Source: Bythopirellula sp.
Lineage (GTDB): Bacteria > Planctomycetota > Planctomycetia > Pirellulales > Lacipirellulaceae
Assembly: GCA_965216565.1 (NCBI GenBank)
Contig: OZ244170.1
Location: 4,416,001-4,480,000 of the forward strand
DNA length: 64,000 bases
Reading direction: 5' to 3'
The translations under genes and the position numbers were made by a program. A model generated the notes under the pieces. It ran no database searches. It was not told the origin of the DNA and worked only from the letters and a program-made list of their open reading frames with translations. Of the stretch, positions 42,840-55,000 are shown in pieces (the stretch's first letter is position 1; each line of letters starts with the position of its first letter).

Positions 42840-45086
42840 CTATGGGGTTTCTTTGGCTTTCGCCTTCTCCTCCGCGGCTGCTTTCAGCATCTCCGGGGAG
42901 ATGCCGCCGGCGGCTTGGATGCTTTGTAGGATTCCGCGAATGGCGGGGTCTTGGGGGCGTCGTGCGTACATTTCGTCGAGCGCCTCCAGTGCCCGGGGCC
43001 AATCTTCCTGACGTTGGCAGATCAGCGCGAGTGCCACCCAGTTGTCGTAAACATTTGGCTCCACGCGGCAGGCTTCTTCAAAGGCTTCTCGGGCTTGCGA
43101 AGTTTGGTCCAACAGAACGTGCAGCATGCCCATTTTGTAGTACGGCACCGAATTGCCAGCGAGGAGTTTAGCGTCGCGCTCGAGCAGCTCGATTTCTTCC
43201 TTTCTCAAGGTGCGTACTTCGTTGGGATCGCCGCCGCTGGTCTCCAAAATGCGTGCCAGCTCCAGCCGGACTCCCGAGAGGTACGGTTCGAGGCGAATAG
43301 CGGTGCGAAGCGAATCGCTGGCTTTATCGTTATCACCCAAGTCCTCAGCCAGTTTGCCAAGGTTAATGTGAGCCGCTGCCCGGTCGAGCACTAACTCTTG
43401 CGCCTGGCGATACTCGACGATGGCGTCCTGCAGCGGTTCTTCGAAGCGTGAGTCCATTAGCTCGGATGCTTCGCGGACGAGACGCTGCGCTGCCGCGAAG
43501 CGAACGATGCGAACCGGGTCATGCAACTTTTGGGAAATCTCGGCGACGTAGCGCTTTACGCCACCGCTAGACATCGCTCCCAATGCTGCTGCGCGAACCA
43601 GTGGACTATTGTCGTCGAAGTATTGCAGCGTGGTTTTATCCACGTCCACCGCTCCGTAGTTATCCATGAGTTCAACCGCCGTCGCTCGGGCGATTGCCGG
43701 CGATTCGCGTCGGCGGAGCACTTTTTCTAATTCCTTGAGTCCCGAGGGAACGGAGCGTTCCGCGGCTGCTAGAGCCGTTGCGTAGTGCGGATCGTTGGGA
43801 CGTTTGTCGCCATACCAATCGCGAACAATCTGCGCTGCCCAAGCGGCGTCTTCGCCAGGTTTATTGTGGCAATCGTTGCAGACATTGGGGACGCCCAGTT
43901 TTTCAGTCAGGTCGGGTCGGGGCACACGCATGCTATGGTCCCGCCGATCGTCAATCACCATGTACAGGGACGACGGCATGTGACACGTCACGCATTGCGT
44001 GGCCACCTCGTCCTGGTGACGATGATGGGCAAAGCCATCGTACTTACCCGGCTGATGGCACTGGGTGCAGAGGCGATTGTCCTCGAACTTAAGTTTGAGC
44101 GAATGCGGATCGTGGCAGTCGCTGCAGCGGACGCCTTCGCGATACATGCGACTTTGTAGGAACGAGCCGTACACATACACTTCGTCATGAATCTGCCCGT
44201 CAGCATGATAGAGCCCAGAGCGTAACAAGGCAGGTTCGTAGTAGTCGAGAAAATTTTCGCCCCCATGAAAATCGGCATGGAGCACCGTCCGACGCGAATG
44301 GCACGGGGCACAAGAGTCGATCTGCGGATCGTTCGAAACGCTTTTTAGCTTTGCCAAACCGTAGCCGTGGTTGCGGTCCCAAAACAGCGACTTGCTCTCG
44401 GCCATTTCCACGTGCATGCTCGCCGGACCGTGACACGTTTCGCAACTGACGTCGATTTCTGAATAGGTGGTGTGATAGGAGTTTGTCGCCAGGTCGTAGT
44501 TTTTCTGCAGGTTGGTGGAATGGCACTCGGCGCACATCGTGTTCCAGTTCTGGCCGATGCCAGTCCAGTGGAGCGGGTCGCCCGGTTCGATGCGTTCGTC
44601 AACCACGTCGGTGGGATACACGTAGAACCATTCGCTGTTGCGCGTGTCCCAGGAAATGCGGAGCACCTGCACTCGCCCATCGGGAAACTCCACCATGTAC
44701 TGTTGCATCGGTTCGATGCCGAAGGTGTACTTGATGTGGAAGTCTTGCATCTCTCCGTCAGGACCTTCGGTATGCACAAAGTATTTGCCGTCGCGAGTGA
44801 AAAAACGGCTCTCGACACCGAATCGTTCGAAGGTTGCGTCGTCGAAGTCTCCGACCACGTTCTCCTCGTTTGCCAATTCCATGGCGCGATCGTGGTGCGA
44901 GCCTTGCCAACGGGCTAGCTCAGTTTGATGGCAGCTGGCACACGACTTTCGGCCCACATAGGTGGACACCGCGTCCTTGGGATAGGCGACATACCAATCA
45001 GCCGCGCACCAGGCGGCGACCACGACGAGAATCGCGAGAGGAACGATCAGACGAGTCCCGGAGAACAGTCCTGGGGATTGCTTCAT
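42840..45086 (-). CDS. Multiheme (8 x CxxCH) cytochrome c with HEAT/TPR repeats
   Basis: CASCH, CAECH, CETCH, CAPCH, CSDCH, CTQCH, CVTCH, CNDCH; N-terminal anchor. Confidence 0.9.
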   Translation of the reverse strand: MKQSPGLFSGTRLIVPLAILVVVAAWCAADWYVAYPKDAVSTYVGRKSCASCHQTELARWQGSHHDRAMELANEENVVGDFDDATFERFGVESRFFTRDGKYFVHTEGPDGEMQDFHIKYTFGIEPMQQYMVEFPDGRVQVLRISWDTRNSEWFYVYPTDVVDERIEPGDPLHWTGIGQNWNTMCAECHSTNLQKNYDLATNSYHTTYSEIDVSCETCHGPASMHVEMAESKSLFWDRNHGYGLAKLKSVSNDPQIDSCAPCHSRRTVLHADFHGGENFLDYYEPALLRSGLYHADGQIHDEVYVYGSFLQSRMYREGVRCSDCHDPHSLKLKFEDNRLCTQCHQPGKYDGFAHHRHQDEVATQCVTCHMPSSLYMVIDDRRDHSMRVPRPDLTEKLGVPNVCNDCHNKPGEDAAWAAQIVRDWYGDKRPNDPHYATALAAAERSVPSGLKELEKVLRRRESPAIARATAVELMDNYGAVDVDKTTLQYFDDNSPLVRAAALGAMSSGGVKRYVAEISQKLHDPVRIVRFAAAQRLVREASELMDSRFEEPLQDAIVEYRQAQELVLDRAAAHINLGKLAEDLGDNDKASDSLRTAIRLEPYLSGVRLELARILETSGGDPNEVRTLRKEEIELLERDAKLLAGNSVPYYKMGMLHVLLDQTSQAREAFEEACRVEPNVYDNWVALALICQRQEDWPRALEALDEMYARRPQDPAIRGILQSIQAAGGISPEMLKAAAEEKAKAKETP

Positions 45087-45332
45087 GCTTGGTTAGGAGG
45101 AAAGTGAGTTTCGGTGCCGTGGAACGCGATTAATACCATTGTACTCGCTCCGAAGAGAAACGGCACCTGGGTAGTCGCGACAACACTAAAGGTGGATGAA
45201 CCACGAAGACACAAAGGGCACGAAGAGCTAACAGGTGTATTACACGAACGAATTAACATTCGTTTACGGTTGTTGCTGTCGAAATCGATTGAGTCGAGCT
45301 GAGAAGATAGCCCCGATAGGGCGACAGACGAT

Positions 45333-46979
45333 CTACCCCACCATCACACCTTCTCGCTCATCTTTCGAGCTGAACTCTGTCTTCGTGCTATCGAATATCT
45401 GTTGGAAGGCATCTGGGCGGACAGCCTTTTGGGAATGCCGGCGGAAAGGGTGTTCGGTTTCTAGTCCCGATTGCTCGACGATTTCGCATGCCAGGGTTTC
45501 GAGCTGGGCGACGTTGGCTGCGAATTGGCGGAAGTATTCGCCGCGGGTTCGTTCCTCTAAGAGCCGCGTGTTCATTTCGCGGATGATCGGCATCTCTGAG
45601 ATGTTGACCGTGCCTGTGGCGGGGAGATCAGCGGTGTCGGCGTGCCACTCGCGGAAGAATTCTTGCATGAATTCGTTGAGCTTGCCCAGTTTGGAGAGTC
45701 GCGACAGGTTCCGCAGGTACATGGTCTGTTCGCACATGCGTCCCTGCATGAAAATGAACGCGGTGATCGACCAGTAGACGAGATAGTCCCAAAGAATTTT
45801 CACTGGCATGACGTTGGGATTGCCGAACATGCAGTATTGGTCCTGATAGGCCTTGGCCGTGCCGTAGTAGAAGCGTTTGAAAATTCGATCGTACGAAAAA
45901 GCACGAATGCGGAACTCTTTGCCGGTGAGGTCGCGGCGAATGAGATCGGTGAGGAACGTGTTGGAGAAGGCGATGAAATCGCTACCGGGGGAGTAGAAGG
46001 GATCGTGAAAAAATCCCGCCTCGCCGGTGATGCCCCAGCGATGCCCGGAGAATACCTGTTTGCATTCGACCGAGTAGTGCTTGATGGCACGGAAGTCTTG
46101 GACGTCGTCAATATGGGCTCGGGCGGCGGCGGCGCATTGGGGTTCGTGCTTGTCGAGCCAGGCGAGCGATTTTTCTAGCGAATTGATATCCGAGAGGTCG
46201 TGGTACTCTTCGGCAGCGACAATGCCCATGCTGGTGGAACCCGAGGCAAGTGGAATCAACCACACCCAATAGCCCTGGCCCATGAGGTGATTGGTGCTGA
46301 AGAAGCGAGCCGTTTTGTCGGCGTGCCCCTCGCTCCACTGGGGATCGTTGCACCAGTCGTCGATCTTGATGTGTTTTTTGAACCGGAACCAGGCGGAGTT
46401 GGCAACGTGGGGCGAGTCCTTCGCCAGATCGAGTTCCCTTTTCAAAAAGCAACGTCGGCCACTGGCATCGACTACCCAGCGGGACTCGACCGATTGCGCG
46501 CCCGCGTTGGTGTGAAAATCGACGCGATGCGACGAGCCGAGACGGCCCATATCGATATTTTTGATGTCGGCCTCGTCAATAAAGCGAATGCCACGTGCCA
46601 GGCACTCGTCGGCCAGGTAGTTTTCGAATCGGCCCCGATCGAGTTGGTAGCTGGGACACGGCGCGTAACGTTTGCCGCCGAGTTCTAAGCGATTCTCGAT
46701 TTGAGAGTTATCACCCGAGGGGAAGAAGAACCGTAGACCGAGTTTGGGTAGCTGATCTTTCAAGATGTGATCGCGGAGGCCCAAGATGCGGCCAAAGTAG
46801 TGCGCTGCGACTTCCACGGTCGACTCGCCAACTTTATGGGCCGCCTCGGGCACGGGATGCTCACGCTTCTCCAATACAGTGATGGACGCTTCCCGCAGCG
46901 ACTGTCGTACTTGCAGCGCCAGCGACAGCCCCGCGAGTCCGCCGCCAAGGATGGTGAGATCTTGTTTTTGTTGGTCCAT
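45333..46979 (-). CDS. Flavin-dependent halogenase-like oxidoreductase 2
   Basis: [39 protein letters not shown]. Confidence 0.8.
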   Translation of the reverse strand: MDQQKQDLTILGGGLAGLSLALQVRQSLREASITVLEKREHPVPEAAHKVGESTVEVAAHYFGRILGLRDHILKDQLPKLGLRFFFPSGDNSQIENRLELGGKRYAPCPSYQLDRGRFENYLADECLARGIRFIDEADIKNIDMGRLGSSHRVDFHTNAGAQSVESRWVVDASGRRCFLKRELDLAKDSPHVANSAWFRFKKHIKIDDWCNDPQWSEGHADKTARFFSTNHLMGQGYWVWLIPLASGSTSMGIVAAEEYHDLSDINSLEKSLAWLDKHEPQCAAAARAHIDDVQDFRAIKHYSVECKQVFSGHRWGITGEAGFFHDPFYSPGSDFIAFSNTFLTDLIRRDLTGKEFRIRAFSYDRIFKRFYYGTAKAYQDQYCMFGNPNVMPVKILWDYLVYWSITAFIFMQGRMCEQTMYLRNLSRLSKLGKLNEFMQEFFREWHADTADLPATGTVNISEMPIIREMNTRLLEERTRGEYFRQFAANVAQLETLACEIVEQSGLETEHPFRRHSQKAVRPDAFQQIFDSTKTEFSSKDEREGVMVG

Positions 46980-47016
46980 CACTGGTTTGTCCTAGTTATG
47001 GTTATTCTTGCGCTGT

Positions 47017-47118
47017 GGAATCGAGAAAAAATAACTTCCGTTTTTTATTAGTTCCCCTCACCCTACCCTCTCCCCAAAGGGGCGAGGGACAGGGGAGAAG
47101 TTATTTTTTCTCGATTCC
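47017..47118. repeat. 102 bp element with perfect 22 bp terminal inverted repeats
   Basis: ggaatcgagaaaaaataacttc (47017-47038) / gaagttattttttctcgattcc (47097-47118) enclosing a family C hairpin. Confidence 0.8.
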
Positions 47119-47216
47119 CAGGTTGTTGTTGTAGGGTGCGTGGAGCAAAGCGCAACGCACCTGGGTTAAGTTTCCACTTCGTGCGTTTCGTTATCACTTC
47201 ACGCACACTACGATTC

Positions 47217-48839
47217 TCATATATTCAAAACCTCAAACACGCCATCCAAACGGTTCTCGCTTGCGTGCGAGTTGGGGAGTTCGATTTTCAATTCTGGCTG
47301 AGTTTTTTGGATTCGTTCGGTGATTTCCACCATCAAATCGCGGATGATCTGTACGTTGGCTTCAAAGCGTTGCTTCAAGGTGGCGTCGTCCACCGCTTCG
47401 CGCAGTTCGGCATTGAGCCGGGTCATTAATTCGATTTCGCTTTGGTCGACGAATCCCGCATCGGCACTATCAACGGGGTCGGCCTCGTGCCAATTGCGGA
47501 AAAACTCCTGCATGTTTTTGTTCATCTCGCGGATGTCTTCGATGCCTCCCGAGAGCGAGCGAATGAAGCTGATGTCGGTGAGTTTGTCGTTGAAGTACAG
47601 CAATGCTGGAAAGCCCCAGTAAACGGCGTAGTCCCACACAAACTTAAGCGCCATGATCCGCGGATTGCCAAACAGTGGGTATTGGTCCCGATAGGTAAGC
47701 AGGTTGTTGTGGAACAGTGTGAGGAAAATGCTCTGCAGAGTGGGTGCTGAATGCTCGATGGAATGGCCAGCGAGATCGTCATCGATGAGCTTGGTGATCA
47801 TCGTGTTGCCGATGGCAATGAAGTCGCTGCCAGGGGAATAGAACGGATCGAGCAATGCAGCAGCTTCGCCGGTGAGGGCCCAGCGGTCGGCCGAGAAGAC
47901 CTGTCGGGCGCCGCGGGCGATTTTTTTGATTGCAAGAAAGTCTTGCATCTTGTCGCGATGAGCTTCGACTTGCTCAGCACATTCTGGCTCGTGATGGTGC
48001 AGCCACTCGATGGCCTTCTCGAAGCTGTTCATTTCGGAAAGTGGATGAATCCGCGGGTCGGCGACGATGCCGATGCTGGTGGAGCCAGTCGCCAGGGGAA
48101 TAAGCCACACCCAATAGCCGGCGCCCATGAGGTGATTGGTGCTAAGCCAGCGACGAGGCACCTTGCCGGTGAGAGTTTGCCAATCAGGATCGTCACACCA
48201 CTGATCGATCTGGACTTCCGCGTCGAGCCGAAACCAGACGGCATTGATGTCGTGGCCCAGGTCTTCTTCCAGCTCGAGTTTTCGCTTGAGCAAACTGGCT
48301 CGACCGCTGGCGTCGACCAACCAACGAGCGTTGATCCTGTTTTCGTTACCGTCCTGCTCGAACCGCACTTGATGTGCGGAGTGTTCGCCCGGTTCGCTGT
48401 CCGAGTGAATCCCAATTTCTTTCACCTGGGAACCAGAGTAAATGGTGGCTCCCTGTTCCTGCACCGCATTGGCAAGGTAATTCTCCAGCCGGCCCCGATC
48501 GACCTGATAGCTGGGGGCGGAGAAAAATTCGCTGCCGCCCACTTCGGTGCCTTCAGCGAGCGTTTGGTGCGTGTCTTTAAAAAAGAACCGTAGGCCAAAT
48601 TTTGGCAGTTGATGGTCGGTTAGGTGTTTCTTGAGTTGTAGTTGTTCCCCAAAGTAGTGTGCGCCGATTTCCACCGTCGACTCGCCAACTTTGTGAGCCG
48701 CTTCAGGGACGGGGAACGTTTGTTTTTCGATCACCGCGATCCGCGTTTCGGGACGCTTCATCAGTAGTTGCTTGGTCAGCGTCAAACCGGCCAGGCCTCC
48801 ACCGAGGATGGCCACGTCGTATTGAGAGTCTTCCGTCAT
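47217..48839 (-). CDS. Flavin-dependent halogenase-like oxidoreductase 1
   Basis: GGGLAG, KVGEST, QLPKFGLRF, STNHL, WVWLIP, DPFYSPG. Confidence 0.8.
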   Translation of the reverse strand: MTEDSQYDVAILGGGLAGLTLTKQLLMKRPETRIAVIEKQTFPVPEAAHKVGESTVEIGAHYFGEQLQLKKHLTDHQLPKFGLRFFFKDTHQTLAEGTEVGGSEFFSAPSYQVDRGRLENYLANAVQEQGATIYSGSQVKEIGIHSDSEPGEHSAHQVRFEQDGNENRINARWLVDASGRASLLKRKLELEEDLGHDINAVWFRLDAEVQIDQWCDDPDWQTLTGKVPRRWLSTNHLMGAGYWVWLIPLATGSTSIGIVADPRIHPLSEMNSFEKAIEWLHHHEPECAEQVEAHRDKMQDFLAIKKIARGARQVFSADRWALTGEAAALLDPFYSPGSDFIAIGNTMITKLIDDDLAGHSIEHSAPTLQSIFLTLFHNNLLTYRDQYPLFGNPRIMALKFVWDYAVYWGFPALLYFNDKLTDISFIRSLSGGIEDIREMNKNMQEFFRNWHEADPVDSADAGFVDQSEIELMTRLNAELREAVDDATLKQRFEANVQIIRDLMVEITERIQKTQPELKIELPNSHASENRLDGVFEVLNI

Positions 48840-49024
48840 GTTGTTTCTGCTTGTGTTAGACACAGTGAGTTTTTAGCCGCAAAACGCGAGAAACCCCTCC
48901 CCTAGCCCCTTCCCCGCAGACGGGGGAGAGGGATTTAGGTGATCACCCTAAAGTTAAGGCTTCGTCAGTCTTTTTGTGCTTTTCGTGGCAATAATAGCCC
49001 CGGGTGTTGTGGAATCTTTCTTCA

Positions 49025-52000
49025 CTAACTTGGAACCGACTCGGCAACTTCCTGCACGTGGTCGGCGATTTCGGTGATCCAATATCTTTGTTTTTGGAAG
49101 GGATAGTTGGGTAAGGCAATTCGCTGGCGTGCCCAGGGCTTGTCGAGGGCTGGGAAATCGGGGTTGAAGCCTGACTGATACAATTGTCCCAATGCCGCTA
49201 GTAAGGAACTGCTAGCGTGTGTGTCGCTCGACAGGCTGGGGATGAACCGCGAGGCACTGGCAGCGGTTAACTGTTTCGAGAATTCGTTCATCGAATCCTC
49301 GGGCCCGACTCCCAGTACATATTGGGGATTCGTTGAGTGGAGCACTTCAAGTGCGGCATCACTTGGCGATTCAATGCAGTGGCGACGCCAGTAGCTGCCG
49401 CCCAACGACCGATGGACCGGAATCAACTGGGCATCCAAGCTGCACACTAGCGGCAAGTTCGGCGGATAGTAATTGAACGTATCGGCTAATGCCTCGAATC
49501 GATCGAGGGCAGCACGCTGGTCGTCATTCAAATCGGATTCGTCACTGGAAGGTGGAATATCGAATTCGCTTTGCAATCGTAAACGTTCTGCGATTAACAC
49601 CAGCGCGTCGAAGTAGCAAAGCCCCCCGGCAGCACAAGTCGCTGTGTATTGCCCGATTCCCGTGCCGAACACGGCGTCGGGTTCAATTCCCCACGATTGC
49701 CAAAGCTTGGCGATGCCTGCTTGTAAGGCGTAGAGATGCAGGTCGTTGGTTTCTGGGGGTTCGTGGTGATCAGCGGAGAACCAATCTTGTAGTTGCGAAG
49801 GTAATAGATCGCCCCCAGCGAAGTGGTCTGCCAGCCGCTTATCGAATTCGGTGATGAGACTGCGGAACTCAGGTTCTGCACTGTAGAGCTGGCGGCCGGC
49901 GGTGAGGTCGTCCGAAGCAGTGCCCGCGAAGACGCAGGCGACTTTTGCCGTGGAGGAAGCGGTGGGCGTGCCAGATTTCTTGCCATTGCCATTCACACTG
50001 TAGGCACCGTTGACTTCGGCTTGATTGGCCTTTGCTGCCAGGCGTTCGGACTCCTCGGTGAGCAAACGGTCGAGCCCGTTCAGGAGTTGTTCGCGCGACT
50101 CCGCCAGCAGGGCCACGCGGTGCTCGTGATGGCGGCGACCGACCCCGGCGGTATGGCAGATATCGGCGAGATCCGATTCTGGGTTGGTATCAATGAACTG
50201 GCGATAACGCTGGGCTAACTCGATGAGCGCTGCCGGACTGCGGGCACTGAGTGGGAGTAGATTGGCTGGCCGCTGCACTTCGGGGGCAGGCTCTTCGGCT
50301 GCAGTTTCGTCCGACTGCTCTGCAGAACTCAAGATCACATGAGCGTTGGTGCCGACTAGTCCCAAAGCAGTTACCCCGGCAACCCGTTGTTCTGCCTCGG
50401 GCCAAGCGGTTTGGTCGTTAACTACCTGAACGGGCAGACGCGACCACGGAATATGGGTGCTTGGTTTTTCGAAGTGCACCTGCCGTGGGATTACGCCGCT
50501 ATCGAGTGCGAGCACCGTCTTGATCAAACCAGAGATGCCGCCGGCCGCTTCCAGATGGCTGATATTCGCTTTGACCGAACCGACCAATAGCGGCTGGTCG
50601 CGCTTCCGGCCTTTGCCATAGACAGTTGCTGCGGCACCAAGTTCCATGGCATCGCCAAACTCGGTGCCTGTGCCGTGTGCTTCCAAATATTGCACTTCAC
50701 CTGGTGCGACGCCAGCGTCTTTGATTGCCTCACCAATCATACGGGATTGAGAGCGTCCGCTGGGCGAAGTGATACCGCCACTGAAACCATTGTGTACGAT
50801 CGCCCCGCCGCGGATCACGGCAAGCACACGATCGCCTTGGCGCTGGGCGTCGCTGAGTCGCTTGAGCACCACTACGCCGCAACCTTCGCCACGACCAAAA
50901 CCATTGGCCTCGGCTGAGAAAGATTTGCAGCGGCCATCGGGCGCCAGCAGTCCCGCTTTGCTCATCAACAGTGAATTCACCGGAGCGAGAATCGCGTTCA
51001 CCCCACCAGCCAGTGCCATGTTGCAATTGCCATCTTGCAAGCTGCGGACCGCTTGCAGCACAGCCACCAGGGAACTGCTGCTAGCCGTATCGACGGCGAT
51101 ACTGGGACCTTCGAAACCAAAGATGTAACTAATCCGACCGACACCGGCACTATGCGAGAGCCCCGCCCCTTGGAAGGCCTTGATGATTTCCTCGTCGCCA
51201 AGCCGCGGCAGGAACGCATAGTCCTGTCCCATGATGCCCATGAAGACGCCCACATTGGCGTCGGCCAGTGGTTGTGTGGCGATGCCGGCATGTTCCAGGG
51301 CGTGGTAGCTGTTTTCCAAGAGCAACCGATGTTGTGGGTCAATCCAGCAGGCTTCTTGTGCAGAGATATTGAAAAACTCAGGATCGAATTGGCCTATATC
51401 TTCGAGAAACCCTCCTTCGCGGGTTGGCATTTTGCCCGGGGCGCCCTCAGCATCGTAGAAGTGTTCGATATCCCATCGGTCTGCGGGTATCTCATTTACA
51501 GAATCAACGCCCTGCAGCAGGTTGTCCCAAAACTCGTCGAGATTGTGAGCCCCAGGGAAGCGACAACTCATGCCTACGATGGCGATGTCTTCGCGAGCTT
51601 GCGGCGCGATGTGCGGAGCGTCTGTTGCGGATGCCGCGATGGCAGATGGTTCGGCAGATTCTTCTTCTCCCTGCCCGACGATCATTTCCAGTAGATAATC
51701 GGTGATGGCATCGATGGTTGGATGCTCGAAGAACATGGTCGGACCGATGGCAATGTCATCGCCTAGCAAGCGCGCCAGTTCCGTGCCGAACTCAACGGCC
51801 ATCAGCGAGTCGAGGCCCATTTCGATGAGTGGACGATCGGTTTCCGGCGCTTCGCTGCTAGAGAGGATCTCTCCGATGGTGCCCTGGATGGTCGCCAGCA
51901 GGAGTTCGCGCTGGTCTGGACCGCGTAGTTTCTTGAGCTTTGTGACCAGCTCCGAGTCGCCACTTTGACGGCGACGCGTGGCAGGCATCAGTTCTGCGAG

Positions 52001-55000
52001 CACGGGCGGTGCTTGTCCTCCCATGCTGCTGCGCATCCGTTGCCAATCGACATCAATGGCCAAAGATTGAGTGATCTTCGCCTGCTGCACTTTGCCCAAT
52101 GCTTCGTGTGCTTCGCCTGCGGTCATCGGGGTGATTCCCTGCAGGGCCATTCGCTTGAGGATCCGCTCGTCGTCGGCCATGCCTTCGGTCCACGGTCCCC
52201 AATTGACGCTCGTTGCCGGTAGGCCTTGGGCTCGACGGTGCCAGGCGAGGCCGTCGAGGTACGCGTTGGCTGTGGCGTAGTTACTCTGTCCCGGCGAACC
52301 CAATATCGAAGCGGCCGACGAATAGAGTACGAAGAAATCGAGGTCGAGCGACTTGGTGTGTTCGTGGAGTAGCGTGCTGCCGATGATCTTGGGACCGAGG
52401 ACTTTTTGAAAACGATCCCAAGTTTGATTGGCGAGCAAGGCATCGTCCAACACACCTGCAGCATGAATCACACCCGCTAGCGGCTGGAGATCTTTGCCGA
52501 AGCGAGCGAACAACTTCTCGACGTCCGCCTGATTGCTCAGATTGGCGGAGTGGACAACGACCCGACACCCGGAATGCTCGATTTCATCGAGAATTTGTTG
52601 TGTCGATTCGTCGGGAGCACGACGCGACACGAGCACCACTTCCCCCGCACTCTCGTCGGCAAGCCATTTGGCAGCCAGTCGGCCAAGTTTTCCCAGGCCA
52701 CCGGTGATGAGATAACTGGCGTCTGCTTTGATCTCCAAGTTCCCTGCGGAACGATTGGGTCGCGCTTGCTTCATCCGGGGTACGAGCAACTGCGAATCGC
52801 GAATCGCAAACTGGCTGTCGGTGGTCTCAGCCAGCAAGATTTCTACCAGCGAATTCGCCGGGGCCGCTTGCTCGCTCGCCTCGGGTTCAAGATCGACGAG
52901 TCGACAACGTAGTTCGGGTTGCTCAGCCCCAATCACTCGACCCAAGCCCCAGAATTGGGTCTGGTGCGGATCGACTGTGAGATTCGCTGCGGTTCCATGA
53001 ACCGCGGCCTCGACTGCCCCAACGGTAACTAGCTGTAGTCCGCATTCCAAACCGCGGATTTCTTTTTCTTCCAACGTAGCAATTAAGTGCAGTAGGCCGG
53101 CGCAGTCTGATTGGGTTCCGTTCGGTATTTCATCCAGGGCGTCTGAAGTTTTGTCCTGACGGTTCACAAACCAGCAGATGCCCGCCGGGGCCGATTGAGC
53201 GGCTGACTGTTCGAAGAACTCTTTCCAGTTTTCGTGTTGCATTCCGCAGAATGTATAGTGCGATTCGCCTTGCTCAGAAAAAGCGGTATTTGGCGAAAGG
53301 CTGATTCTCGTTACGGAATGCCCTTCTGCTGTTAACTTCTCAATAGTGTTGCGAGCCAGATCCTTAGGATCGTCCTCATGCTCTATTACCCACCATTGTT
53401 TGGAATCTGTGGTGGCAGGCGGCAGACGCGACGGCTCCCAGCGGAGCTCGTATAGCAGACGCTCGGCGCCCGAGCCACTGAGTTTGCGGAACGCAGCGCG
53501 ATCGAACTGTTGGACTTTGAGCCCTTCGATTTCGACCAACACGTTGCCGGAGTTGTCGAATAGGTGCAGGTCGGCGGTGCGAAGGTTGCCTTCGTTTTGC
53601 GTCCAATGGGCGTGGCACCAAACCTCGCCTTCAATAGGTTGCAGGCAACGAACACGACCAATTCCAACGGGCAGAAACAGGTTGCCGTCGTCGTTTTGCA
53701 GCAGTCCCACGGCTAGGCTGTGCAAAGCCCCGTCGAGCAGCATCGGCGGCAGGGTAAAGCCACGTACATCGCTGTTGGTTGTCAGTTGGGCCAGGACATC
53801 GGTCTGGGAATATCGAAGTGACTGAATCGTTTGGAATTCTGGGCCGTACTGCAGTCCCAATTCGAGCATCTTGGCGTAAAAGTCCTCGGGATTGGCGGAA
53901 TGCTCGCAAGCGGCTTCCACTTGGCTGCGATCAATGACTGCCGGCGCGGGGCGGTCTGTTTTGGCAATTTTCGCGGAGAAGTTGCACTGCCAGTTGGCAC
54001 TGCCGGTAGGCTGCGAGTGAGTTTCGATCGTACGGGTTTTGTCCTCAGCGGTACGAACAATGGTCTGGAGTGTCGTCCGCGCGCTTGGTCGCAGGGGCTG
54101 CTGAAAAGCGATGTCTGTTAACTCACCACCCTCGGCGGCAGCCAAGGCAAGTTCCACGAACGCTGCGCCGGGTACTACAACGTGTTCCATCACCTGATGA
54201 TCGGGCAGCCAGGAGGGGCTGTCGGGTTCTAGGAAACTCTCGAAACGCGATTCGTTTGCGGTCCCCGCGAGAGAGACTTTGCTTCCCAACAGCGGATGGG
54301 CGGTATGGTAGTCGGAGTGAAATGCCCCCGGTTTGTCGGGGCCCCAAAAGCGACGGCGCTGAAAGGGATAAGTCGGGAGCAAAATGCGCTGGCAGGACTT
54401 GCCGGCAAACAGTTCGTCGAAGTTGGGCGTGACGCCGTGAACATAAAGCTGGCCGACGGCTTGGAGAATTGACTCGTTGTCGGAGCTCTCTTTTTGGAGG
54501 CAGCTAATGAGGCTGCTGGGGTCTTGTTTCCAATTAGCGGCCGCCATCCGGGAAAGAACTGCCTGTGGTCCGAGCTCAAGAATCGCATCGCAGCCCATAT
54601 CGTTAAGTGTTTCGATTGCCGTCGAGAATCGAACGGGCTGACGAATGTGTTGCGACCAATAACTTGCGTCTAAAACTGTGTCGGCTGCCACGACTTGGCC
54701 GGTCACATTGCACACCAACGGAATTTGGGTGGGCTGAAAATCGATCTGTGCGGCGAACTGCTGGAACGGTTCCAGCACAGGATCCATCAATGCCGAGTGG
54801 AATGCGTGTGAAGTGGTAAGGGACTTCGTGCGGATGTTGAGCTCTGCAAAACGGTTCTCTGCCTGGGCGACTTTTTCTTCTGCGCCGCTGATAACCAAAT
54901 GGGTGCCATTGAGGGCCGCGAGCGAGAGCCCGCTGCTTTCGATTTCATCTTGGACCGCGTCAAGCGGAGTAAATACGGCAAGCATGCGTCCGCCGGCGGG

